The position numbers and the translations under genes were made by a program. DNA of 51,104 nucleotides, from contig PBEQ01000027.1 in the NCBI GenBank assembly GCA_002719695.1, positions 1-51,104 of the forward strand, in the 5' to 3' direction. Below are positions 18,475 to 26,965 of the stretch, piece after piece. Within the stretch, counting starts at the first letter, position 1, and every line of letters begins with the position of its first letter. Origin of the DNA: a bacterium (GTDB taxonomy: Bacteria; Margulisbacteria; Marinamargulisbacteria; GCA-2716485; GCA-002719695). A model generated the notes under the pieces. It did not search any database. It was not told where the DNA came from and was given only the letters and a program-made list of their open reading frames with translations.

Positions 18475-19451
18475 TCTTGCTTTTCAAATGTCGCTTTTAT
18501 ACGCTTTACTTGCCCTTTTTTATTACGAAATTCAATCAACACATCTTTTTTTTGAGCTTCATCACTAGCAACAACATAAAGTGTTTGTGATGTTGTCTTA
18601 GCTGAACTAATTGTAAAGCTTTCGTTATCTTCTTTTGCTAAAATATAAAATTTAAATTTCCCATTTTTTGGTTCAATCATAATTGTTTGGTTTGGTTTTG
18701 TTCTTTTTTTCTTTTTTAACACTAAATTATCAGATCCAGTAATAGTTATTTCTATTGGATCTGTATAAAGCATGTTACTGTCTTTTTCTCTAATAATTCC
18801 AGTAACCACATTCCACTCTTGTTTAAAAACCTGTGAAACCAAATTGGTCTCTATCACAATATCTGTTTCAAATGATATATCATCAGGAAAACTTTCTTCA
18901 TCAACATCTTCTAAAACAGGTGCAACTGCCTTACTAACTTTAACATACGTATTTTCTTCAGCCTCAACCTTTCCATATTGATTTTCAATATCCACCCGCC
19001 CTTCTTTAACCCAAACCTCCATTAGATCCTTAACGGAAACATTAAAGTACGTTCCTCTTACTGTTGCTAAAGCATGAACACTTTCAATATTATAGTCAGA
19101 TCCTTCCGTAACTTGATTCCAAATTGATCCAAAAAACAAAAACAATGAATTTTGATTACTTTTACCCTTTTCATTTTCTAAAAATTCCATCTCTGTGTCA
19201 TTGCCAAGAAAAACAATCGATCCATTAATAAACATAACCTCTGCCTTACCAGTATCTTTGGTTCTCATTTTATCGCCTTCATAAATATGCATTCCTACTT
19301 TTGTAATTTGCCAATCATTCTTGTCTACGTGTTTTATATATACCTCCCCAAATGACATGGTTACTGAAGCAATTGGATCTTTAGATTCTTGCGCTACCGT
19401 AATTACCGAGAAAAGTAATAAAGAAATTAAAATGCTTTGCAGTGTTTTCAT
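18471..19451 (-). CDS. FecR-domain periplasmic protein
   Basis: Has a signal peptide. The FecR-like core reads SFGEVYIKHVDKNDWQITKVGMHIYEGDKMRTKDTGKAEVMFINGSIVFLGNDTEMEF. Confidence 0.7.
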   Translation of the reverse strand: MKTLQSILISLLLFSVITVAQESKDPIASVTMSFGEVYIKHVDKNDWQITKVGMHIYEGDKMRTKDTGKAEVMFINGSIVFLGNDTEMEFLENEKGKSNQNSLFLFFGSIWNQVTEGSDYNIESVHALATVRGTYFNVSVKDLMEVWVKEGRVDIENQYGKVEAEENTYVKVSKAVAPVLEDVDEESFPDDISFETDIVIETNLVSQVFKQEWNVVTGIIREKDSNMLYTDPIEITITGSDNLVLKKKKRTKPNQTIMIEPKNGKFKFYILAKEDNESFTISSAKTTSQTLYVVASDEAQKKDVLIEFRNKKGQVKRIKATFEKQE

Positions 19452-22384
19452 TATTGTGTAATCCTTAATAAATCCTTTTTATTATCTAATAAATAGCTTA
19501 AATCATCCTCGGTTACAGGATTATTCCCTATTGTTTGAATTTTAGTTAATTTCCATTCATCTACTTTTATCTTATTATCATTATCTAAATTTTGCTTAAT
19601 AAAATATTCTAGATTTTTTCTTAGATTAATATCAAAGCTACCTTGCACCTCTTTACGCTCAACCCAAGATACATCAGATTCTTGAATTACTTTTTTATCG
19701 TTATCAAGCTGCTTAACTTTCCAAAAAAATCTACCTGTCTCATTAAGTACATACCGATGCTCTAGTTTATCGGTATCAATTTCGTCTAAAATATCTTTAA
19801 AATTATCATCTTTAGATATGAGTAATTTGTATGAAAAATCTGAATCAGAAACCCATTGAAAAACAAGATTTTTACCAATCACCTCTTGATTAAAAGGCTG
19901 CACAAGAGTGATATCCCCTGGTACAAGGGTAAACTTATTTATCATGTTACTTTTATGGTTTTCCTTTTGGATTGTCCAAAAATAAGTTACCCCATATTTA
20001 AAATCATATTTAATATCGTTAAAATTAATACCATCACCAGAAACTAAAAATTGTTCTGAATCTTTCATATTTTTTTTAGTTGAAATGAGCAAGGTAGCAT
20101 CTTTTAGTTCTGGCATCCAGACAAATGCTCTCTTTTGTCCTTTAGTTAACTTATCTTTTGGATAAATAATCATAATATCTTCATATAAAACATCAACATC
20201 TGAAATACTAATTTTAAATATTTTAGATATGTCTAGCTTTCTTTTCTCACTGTCCAGTATTACAATTTTATAAAATAGATCTGACTTAAACTCATCAACT
20301 CGCTCTATTGCATACATTGGCTTGTCCAAAGGAACTATTTTAGGGTTCTTAAAGTCTATATCGTTACTTAAATGAATTTCATATGTGACCCCCTCTTCAT
20401 CGATGCGTTTCCAGGAAATTACAGCTGAAGGTGTTAAAAACTCTGGCTGCTTAATAAGTTCTATGCCATACCTTATTTTTTTATTATTAGAGCTTTTTGT
20501 TTTTTCTGTCTCTTTATTGACTTCATTATTATTTTTGATATCAATACCATTACCATTGTCATTACGTATCATTTTGATGTTGCCATTCTCATTACCATTT
20601 TCATTATCCTCATCATTATAAGTATTTGTAGTATATCTTGCTCGATATTTAAACTTTCCTGCAGATGACGTTACTGAATCATTATAATTTTCAGAAATGG
20701 CGGTGATTTTCCAAGTATAATCATTTTCGGGAATAAAATTGCTAATCTCAACTAAATTTAATTTCAAAAAGCTCTCATAGGTTTCTTGACTATGCACAAC
20801 ATTATCATCTCTATCAAAAATATCTAACCGATATGAATCCGCCCAATGTAATGTTTGAAATGAAAACATTACATCATCAAAGATAATGTCATTTTTTGGA
20901 AATATGATTTTTGGAGCATCTAGTGCTGGTAACTTAAATGTTCCAGGATTTGGCTGCTTACCCCACTCGTTACCAAATTCATCTATTTCTTTGACTGTCC
21001 AATAATGTGTTAAATTTCTTGTTAAATCAATATCCTTAATAAATATTTCTTTTTTTGTTCCGTTAACAATAAAAGGAGTAAAATACTCCATACCGTGGGA
21101 ATGTGAAATTTTTAGAATGTATTGACTACTTTCATTTCCATCCCAAAAAAAAGTAATCATAGTTTCATCTTCAATTACTTCATTATTTTTTGGAGAAATA
21201 ATATCAATAGTTTGCTCTAAACTAAATTTACCAAATTTGTCATCTTTAATAAAATTTTGGGTATCTGACTCTCTTTGCAGGATTTGCCAATAATATTTCT
21301 TTCCTGGTTGAATAGATTCGTTGTATGATAATTCATATTGACTTCTATTATTAATGATATCTTCGAATATAACCCTATTTCCATTTTTATCTTCCGAAAT
21401 TATGATTTTAAATTCGTTGTTAATATCCGGGGTTATCCAACTTAAAATAATAGGAAACCCTAATGCTTTAATATCATTATTAATGATTTCAGGTAACGTT
21501 ACATCTCCGTAGCGAAATTCCACAGGAGTACTTGATGTAATAGCGCCTATTGTTTCATCTACTGCGTTAACAAGCAAAGCATACACTTTACCCTTTTTTA
21601 AATTTTTATTTCCTGAATAACTTATTGTACTAGAGACAACATCTTCATCAAATACTTTCTTTTTGTAATCTGTATCACCAAAATAATCAATCTCATATAA
21701 CTGAACTTTATATGTGATATCTATGCCAGCTCTTACCTCTATGGGCTCCCAAATAAATACAGGGTTTTCTTCAACTACCATTGTTGTTGCCGGCTGAATT
21801 ATTGAGATACTATTGGAGTGTTGAGGAATAAAAATACTTTCTGATGTAAAACCAATAGGCTCATATGTTTCATTATCATCTTCGTTAAATACTAAAATTT
21901 CATAGCGATAGATATCCTCTGGAATCCAGCCAGAATAATTTAATGGATTATCGCCATAAGCAGATCTTATTTTATTTTTAATTTCAGATCGATCGCTTCT
22001 TAATGTTCCACCTGTTATGTATTCTGGGTTTTTGGTATTAATTGTTAATGTTTCCCCTGGCTCAAGATCAATAGGAAAATGATCGTAACTTGTTGTGTAA
22101 TCAATTAACGGCTTCGTACTACTTATTTTATTGGAATATAGTTTCACGCGAATTTTAAGCTTCTTTAATTGTTCAGTTTTATTTGTTAATTGCAGCATTG
22201 CTATACCATCAATTGACCACGTATTCGAATTACCCATAACAGCATCATAAAGCTGATTCATTCTGTAACTTGCTACAGGCTCAATAACTACATTTACATC
22301 GATCTGGCTTGCATTAATTTCTTTGATTTGAAAAATCATTATTAAAGAGGCTAACACTGTTACTAAAAAAATATTTCTAGTCAT
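19451..22384 (-). CDS. Large secreted multi-module (Ig/Fn3-like repeat) protein with an Asn-rich linker
   Basis: A signal peptide follows the ATG at 22384 (MTRNIFLVTVLASLIMIF). At least seven divergent modules of about 80-95 aa each end in a Y-x-W-x-[VI] motif. The linker contains NENGNENGN. Its stop shares one nt with the FecR start (TAATG). Confidence 0.7.
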   Translation of the reverse strand: MTRNIFLVTVLASLIMIFQIKEINASQIDVNVVIEPVASYRMNQLYDAVMGNSNTWSIDGIAMLQLTNKTEQLKKLKIRVKLYSNKISSTKPLIDYTTSYDHFPIDLEPGETLTINTKNPEYITGGTLRSDRSEIKNKIRSAYGDNPLNYSGWIPEDIYRYEILVFNEDDNETYEPIGFTSESIFIPQHSNSISIIQPATTMVVEENPVFIWEPIEVRAGIDITYKVQLYEIDYFGDTDYKKKVFDEDVVSSTISYSGNKNLKKGKVYALLVNAVDETIGAITSSTPVEFRYGDVTLPEIINNDIKALGFPIILSWITPDINNEFKIIISEDKNGNRVIFEDIINNRSQYELSYNESIQPGKKYYWQILQRESDTQNFIKDDKFGKFSLEQTIDIISPKNNEVIEDETMITFFWDGNESSQYILKISHSHGMEYFTPFIVNGTKKEIFIKDIDLTRNLTHYWTVKEIDEFGNEWGKQPNPGTFKLPALDAPKIIFPKNDIIFDDVMFSFQTLHWADSYRLDIFDRDDNVVHSQETYESFLKLNLVEISNFIPENDYTWKITAISENYNDSVTSSAGKFKYRARYTTNTYNDEDNENGNENGNIKMIRNDNGNGIDIKNNNEVNKETEKTKSSNNKKIRYGIELIKQPEFLTPSAVISWKRIDEEGVTYEIHLSNDIDFKNPKIVPLDKPMYAIERVDEFKSDLFYKIVILDSEKRKLDISKIFKISISDVDVLYEDIMIIYPKDKLTKGQKRAFVWMPELKDATLLISTKKNMKDSEQFLVSGDGINFNDIKYDFKYGVTYFWTIQKENHKSNMINKFTLVPGDITLVQPFNQEVIGKNLVFQWVSDSDFSYKLLISKDDNFKDILDEIDTDKLEHRYVLNETGRFFWKVKQLDNDKKVIQESDVSWVERKEVQGSFDINLRKNLEYFIKQNLDNDNKIKVDEWKLTKIQTIGNNPVTEDDLSYLLDNKKDLLRITQ

Positions 22385-22494
22385 ATTACATATATGCTCC
22401 AAAAGCAAACTTTTTAAACCTCTTTTTATAATAAAATCAAAAAAAAAACTTACACTTGTTTTAAACTTAATTTTTATATAATTTATATATAATT

Positions 22495-23394
22495 ATGGAA
22501 AAAACACCAACCATCATCATTTTTGATCCTAAAAAAAGGTTTCAACAATCCTTTCCAAGCTTCAAAAACAAGCAACTATGCATCTATTGTACAACACATA
22601 ATCATGTTTTAATGCTTTTAAATTATTATTCAAAATCTATTCGTATAATCATATACTGCACTTCATTTACGATGAGCGATTATGAAAGTATAAAAACGAT
22701 TAAGCAAGCCTTTATTATTCCTGAGTTTATCTTAATATCATGTAATTATGATATTACTACCTTTTCTGAAATTGCAAAGTTAGGTATTTTTAGTATTCAT
22801 AATATCTCTGTTCATGAAGCTATAATCGATCTAGATGTTAACGAAATTTTAGCTCTTAAAGCATCTTTAGAAACTATTCTTAAAAATCGATTACGTTACG
22901 TTTTGGATAAAGACTTGTTTCAAACTTACCAACATTTTAGCTACTCTTCCATTTCTTTACACAAAAAACAATTATCATCTAAACCGACTATACCAAAGCT
23001 ATTAATTATTGAAGACAATATCGTACTTAATAATAAAATTTGTTCTTGGCTCAAAAGCTACTCTATCAAAACAGCTGCTGCCTTTAATGCTAAAGAAGCT
23101 ATTTTGTTATGTAGAAAAATGCCTTTTGATCTTATAATTCTAGATCTTGGTCTTCCAGATAATTCAAGTACTGATCTTATTTCTCAATTACGATTTGTAA
23201 GTAAAAATTCACCTATTATACTCCTTACTGCTTACAAAGATTATGAGTCACTATTACATTGTATGCAAAAAGGTGCCTTTGAGTATATTACAAAACCTTT
23301 TGATCCTAAATTGTTATTAAAAAAAATTCATCAAACACTAACGTTTTCTCGAGTGCGAAGATTACCACTATCTAAGGATGATTTACTCTTATAG
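22495..23394 (+). CDS. Response regulator: degenerate N-terminal receiver-like domain plus a canonical C-terminal receiver, with no output domain
   Basis: The C-terminal REC reads KLLIIEDN...FDLIILDLGLPD...PIILLTAY...ITKPF. The N-terminal half is REC-like but has IIIYCTSF at the phospho-acceptor position. Confidence 0.8.
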   Translation: MEKTPTIIIFDPKKRFQQSFPSFKNKQLCIYCTTHNHVLMLLNYYSKSIRIIIYCTSFTMSDYESIKTIKQAFIIPEFILISCNYDITTFSEIAKLGIFSIHNISVHEAIIDLDVNEILALKASLETILKNRLRYVLDKDLFQTYQHFSYSSISLHKKQLSSKPTIPKLLIIEDNIVLNNKICSWLKSYSIKTAAAFNAKEAILLCRKMPFDLIILDLGLPDNSSTDLISQLRFVSKNSPIILLTAYKDYESLLHCMQKGAFEYITKPFDPKLLLKKIHQTLTFSRVRRLPLSKDDLLL

Positions 23395-24752
23395 TTTGTA
23401 ACAATAGGTATTGTAATTGTTACAACAGTGCCTGGATTCTTTTTTCGCCATACAATATGACCCTTTAGACTCTTAACTAACGACTTAATGATTGGGACAC
23501 CTAGCCCTACTCGAGTTGGTCCCTTTTTAATTAAAGATACTAAGTCTAGTTCGCTAAAACCAGTGCCAGTATCTGTAATTTGCAATAGACATTGTGATTT
23601 AAAACGTTTTAAAACAATTTTAAGAGAATGGTTTGTGCTTACTCGCATTGATTCAATACTATTTTTTATTAAATTAATTATAATTTGAAAAATCAAAACT
23701 TTTTTTGCAACAATCACGCATGGTTGTTTGGATTTAATAACAACAATATTAATTCTTTTTATCTCACAGGTGCTTTTAAACAGTGTAATGCATTCATTAA
23801 TAACATTATTTAGCTCCAAGGTAATATTTTTGTGAGTATTTCCTATTGCTTGATACGCAATTGTTGATACTAAATTAGAAATATGGGTTATGGCAATAAT
23901 ATGACTATCATTCATTTGATGAAATTTAACATTTTGATTTACTAGTCTGTTATACTGATCAATGATTGGGTATTTTTTTAAAAAAATCCCATTATTGTGA
24001 GTTTTTTGACAGTCTTTTTTCTGCTCAATTATAGCCATTAAATCCTGACTATCGACGTTATAATGCTGAGCCATAAGCATTACCAAATCCTTATCTGCTT
24101 GTAGGTTATTATCTTTCATCGTTAACGCATCAAACTTTAAAATACTAAGAGGATTATTGATCTCATGGCATAACTGCTTTGTAATCTCTGATGCCGTATG
24201 ATCTTTGATCAGTTTTTGAGAGGTATTATAATTATAAAATTGATTTTTTAACTCACGCTTTAACTGCTGCTTCAAGGACTTGTTAACAGCTCTCATTCTA
24301 CGATTTAAATTAGCAAGAATGTTATTTTTTTGAGTTAATGAGGCAATATAATTTGCTCTATCCATAAAGACAGTTATGTAATAATGGACTTCTGCTAAAT
24401 TTTCTTTAATTTCTTTATAGCTTGTATTATTACTTAATTTTAGAATGACATCAATAGTGAGTGATTTGTGTATTTTTATTGGAAAATAGATAAACCTTGA
24501 TCTTATTATTTTAAGCTCTAGAAAATCTTTGTTATTTAACTCACTCGGCTTTATTAGTTTTGTTAGTAGTTTCTGTTTTTGATGTTTGGTAAGAATGTAT
24601 GCATATTCAAATTCTTTCAGTTGATTAAAATAAACTAAAAATAGCTCTAATATCATTCCTGCATCTTGATAAGGAAGAATGCTGATTAAGGTTTTTTCTA
24701 AAAACTCCCTAAGACACGATTGTTTTTGTTTTTTTATAAAGGGTTTCATCAC
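23331..24752 (-). CDS. Cytoplasmic sensor histidine kinase
   Basis: The H-box is LCHEINNPLSIL, the N-box is NLIKNSIESM, G1 is DTGTGF and G2 is GLGVPI. No TM segments are evident. The start may instead be 24656. Confidence 0.8.
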   Translation of the reverse strand: MMKPFIKKQKQSCLREFLEKTLISILPYQDAGMILELFLVYFNQLKEFEYAYILTKHQKQKLLTKLIKPSELNNKDFLELKIIRSRFIYFPIKIHKSLTIDVILKLSNNTSYKEIKENLAEVHYYITVFMDRANYIASLTQKNNILANLNRRMRAVNKSLKQQLKRELKNQFYNYNTSQKLIKDHTASEITKQLCHEINNPLSILKFDALTMKDNNLQADKDLVMLMAQHYNVDSQDLMAIIEQKKDCQKTHNNGIFLKKYPIIDQYNRLVNQNVKFHQMNDSHIIAITHISNLVSTIAYQAIGNTHKNITLELNNVINECITLFKSTCEIKRINIVVIKSKQPCVIVAKKVLIFQIIINLIKNSIESMRVSTNHSLKIVLKRFKSQCLLQITDTGTGFSELDLVSLIKKGPTRVGLGVPIIKSLVKSLKGHIVWRKKNPGTVVTITIPIVTNYKSKSSLDSGNLRTRENVSV

Positions 24753-25329
24753 TATACCTGCTTATTAATTTATAAAACTCACCACTTGATGAATCTACGT
24801 CCTGAAACAGTCTTAGAAAGTCAACTAAGACTGTTTCAGAACCCCTTTTTTTTCCAATAACAACATTTATATTATTTTTATACCTTCTTAAATAGATTTC
24901 ATTACTAATAATGTTTGATACTTTTTTTAACTCTAAAATATCGCCCGTTTTGAACATGGGCAAAAAATCATCTGTATCAGACTTAACAACAATATTATTT
25001 TTTGTTGGATTAGCGCTTAAAATAGTACCCCCGACAACGGTACTAGCATTTGAGAAGTCCGTTAAGTTATATACTTCTTTTTCTTTTAACACTGATCTTT
25101 TTTTATCAAAATCATTAGAGCCAATATAACCAAATTTAAGTAAGATACTCTCATAATTAAGCTCTAAAGCTTCCGCTACCTTCTTTAATAAGTTAGGTTT
25201 TGGTTGTTTAATATTACCCTCTTCTAATCGATATAACATCCCATATGATATCGATGCTTTTTTTGCCAGTTGAACCAAAGTCAATTTTTTCTTTTTTCTT
25301 TCTAACTTAATGTAATCATTTAATTTCAT
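24709..25329 (-). CDS. XRE-family HTH regulator with a C-terminal S24 (LexA/CI)-like domain lacking the catalytic Ser
   Basis: The HTH reads LTLVQLAKKASISYGMLYRLEEG. The C-terminus has TDDFLPMFKTGDILELK, which aligns to the GDSMxP...GD motif with Ser replaced. Confidence 0.7.
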   Translation of the reverse strand: MKLNDYIKLERKKKKLTLVQLAKKASISYGMLYRLEEGNIKQPKPNLLKKVAEALELNYESILLKFGYIGSNDFDKKRSVLKEKEVYNLTDFSNASTVVGGTILSANPTKNNIVVKSDTDDFLPMFKTGDILELKKVSNIISNEIYLRRYKNNINVVIGKKRGSETVLVDFLRLFQDVDSSSGEFYKLISRYSDETLYKKTKTIVS

Positions 25330-25416
25330 TGATTTAGAGTATAACAAATATTAAACTTAATTACATTTAATTTTAAATATTTAATTATATATATTTTTTT
25401 TATATAATATTTAATA

Positions 25417-25779
25417 ATGAAAAATATCTTTTTGATCAGCAAAGAAAATTTTAACCTTAGCTTTTTAACCGCCTCGCTACCTCATACCCGTTGGATTCAT
25501 CATAAACATTGCGAAGAAGGCATTGCATCGATAAGCCTTTTTGGTAAACAATTAAACGGAATTTTTATCACAGAAGATATTTCCTTTTTAACCCCCTTAC
25601 AAATTCATCGACTTATAAAAAATCAGTTTCCATCATTACCTGTCATTATTATTCAATCATGTATTGATATTAATTACTGCATTAAAGGTAACTACCCACA
25701 TTCTTGCCTAGCTAGCTACCATGATTTTTTAAGCATCCAAAATAGCTTATCCGTAACCGTTCAAAAACCATCTATTTAA
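25417..25779 (+). CDS. Hypothetical protein, possibly a degenerate receiver-like fold
   Basis: A 120-aa ORF divergent from the XRE gene. Its beta-alpha pattern (IFLIS..., GIFITEDISF, PVIIIQS) resembles REC but lacks the acidic pocket. Confidence 0.45.
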   Translation: MKNIFLISKENFNLSFLTASLPHTRWIHHKHCEEGIASISLFGKQLNGIFITEDISFLTPLQIHRLIKNQFPSLPVIIIQSCIDINYCIKGNYPHSCLASYHDFLSIQNSLSVTVQKPSI

Positions 25780-25893
25780 ATCAGCGATAAAAGTCTATTT
25801 TTCAATTAACATATCAATCTTTTTCGATGTTTTACTCTCTTAAATGATAGGTATAAGAGGTTATTCCAAAAAACAAAGAAAGGGAGCTTAATC

Positions 25894-26010
25894 ATGAATA
25901 TAAATCCATCGTCCGTTGAGGCATATATAGTAGATAAGGATATTCTTACCTACGTTCAAGCAACAGAGCAAGATCAATGGGATAATTTTGTTTTATATGA
26001 TATCCATTAA
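25894..26010 (+). CDS. Unannotated small ORF (38 aa): MNINPSSVEAYIVDKDILTYVQATEQDQWDNFVLYDIH
   Basis: An AAGGGAG Shine-Dalgarno lies 7 nt upstream of the ATG. An intrinsic terminator lies about 90 nt downstream. It falls below the track length cut-off. Confidence 0.4.
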   Translation: MNINPSSVEAYIVDKDILTYVQATEQDQWDNFVLYDIH

Positions 26011-26102
26011 TCAGTTACTTTTTTATCTAAAGGTTTACTCTGACTGCTTTTTAAAGCCCTTTTTAACCAAACAAACATTCAAGAAAATTCAGAGATTTTT
26101 TC

Positions 26103-26140
26103 GAGCTAGCTAATTCTATACATTGGTTAGCTCTTTTTTT
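26103..26140 (+). terminator. Rho-independent terminator
   Basis: An 11-bp stem (GAGCTAGCTAA / TTGGTTAGCTC, with 2 G-U pairs) encloses a 9-nt loop and is followed by T7. Confidence 0.6.
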
Positions 26141-26272
26141 ATGGATCTAATTATTTGATAAAATTAAATACAATGCAAGTTCTTAATTTTACCTTTTTAA
26201 GATCATTATTTACTACTAATTAGTAAATTTTAAATGTGTTGTTAACTAAATATTAACTTAATCTAAGCAAAA

Positions 26273-26722
26273 TTAATCTCGAAATAAAATATTACTAATT
26301 TTTTCCATCAATCGAGCACTTACTCGAAATTCTTGGATTCCAGAATCAAATCGTTCAAGTGATAAATTATTTAACCGATCAACCGCATGCTGAAACTTTT
26401 GTAATGCTGGCTTAATTGCCTTAAGCAACTCTTTATCCTCTGCATCAAGCAAACCCTCATCTCTATCAGCATAAGCCTTTAAACTTATAAACGTACCTGA
26501 TACGTCCAAAACATGGGTTAATTTACAAATAGTTCTAATTGCCCCCTTAACTCTAAAAGCAACCTCACAACTATCACTAGGCAGTATTTGCCATCCTTTA
26601 TCTAGAGAATAATTCATTTGTGTTCCTAAATAGGCATTCTGAATTTCTGAAATAATCTTCTTCTTTGTTTCTAAATCTGTTTTTTTTATATCGATTGGTG
26701 ATGCTTGTGGACTGGCACTCAT
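26273..26722 (-). CDS. Hypothetical protein (149 aa)
   Basis: The ATG at 26722 (MSASPQ...) is preceded by AGGAGG 7 nt upstream. The track start at 26770 has no SD. I recognised no family. Confidence 0.6.
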   Translation of the reverse strand: MSASPQASPIDIKKTDLETKKKIISEIQNAYLGTQMNYSLDKGWQILPSDSCEVAFRVKGAIRTICKLTHVLDVSGTFISLKAYADRDEGLLDAEDKELLKAIKPALQKFQHAVDRLNNLSLERFDSGIQEFRVSARLMEKISNILFRD

Positions 26723-26965
26723 AACAACCCTCCTAATTTCTTTGAATAAATTGTTCCCTAAATTCCCCAAAATGAAACATTATGTGTAAATACATTACAC
26801 AATTGATTAATCATCCTTTCATTATTTTAATTGATCGAAAAAATCAAAAAACACGAATAGACTATGTTTAAATTTTCTGATCATTTTAATAAATCAAATA
26901 CTATTAAAACCTTTCAAAAACATACTTATCATGATAGTTTTAACTAGCTTTTAAAGGATAAAAAA

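Noticed and set aside
24709-25779. The XRE/S24-like repressor with a divergent small gene, considered as a prophage CI/Cro switch.
   Set aside because: There are no integrase, terminase, capsid or other phage genes within the window. The repressor gene is coupled to a histidine kinase gene instead.
26771-26965. A possible T-box leader upstream of ileS.
   Set aside because: There is no T-box consensus (AGAGA specifier region or GGUGGUACCGCG-like box) and no terminator/antiterminator pair in the 195-nt leader.
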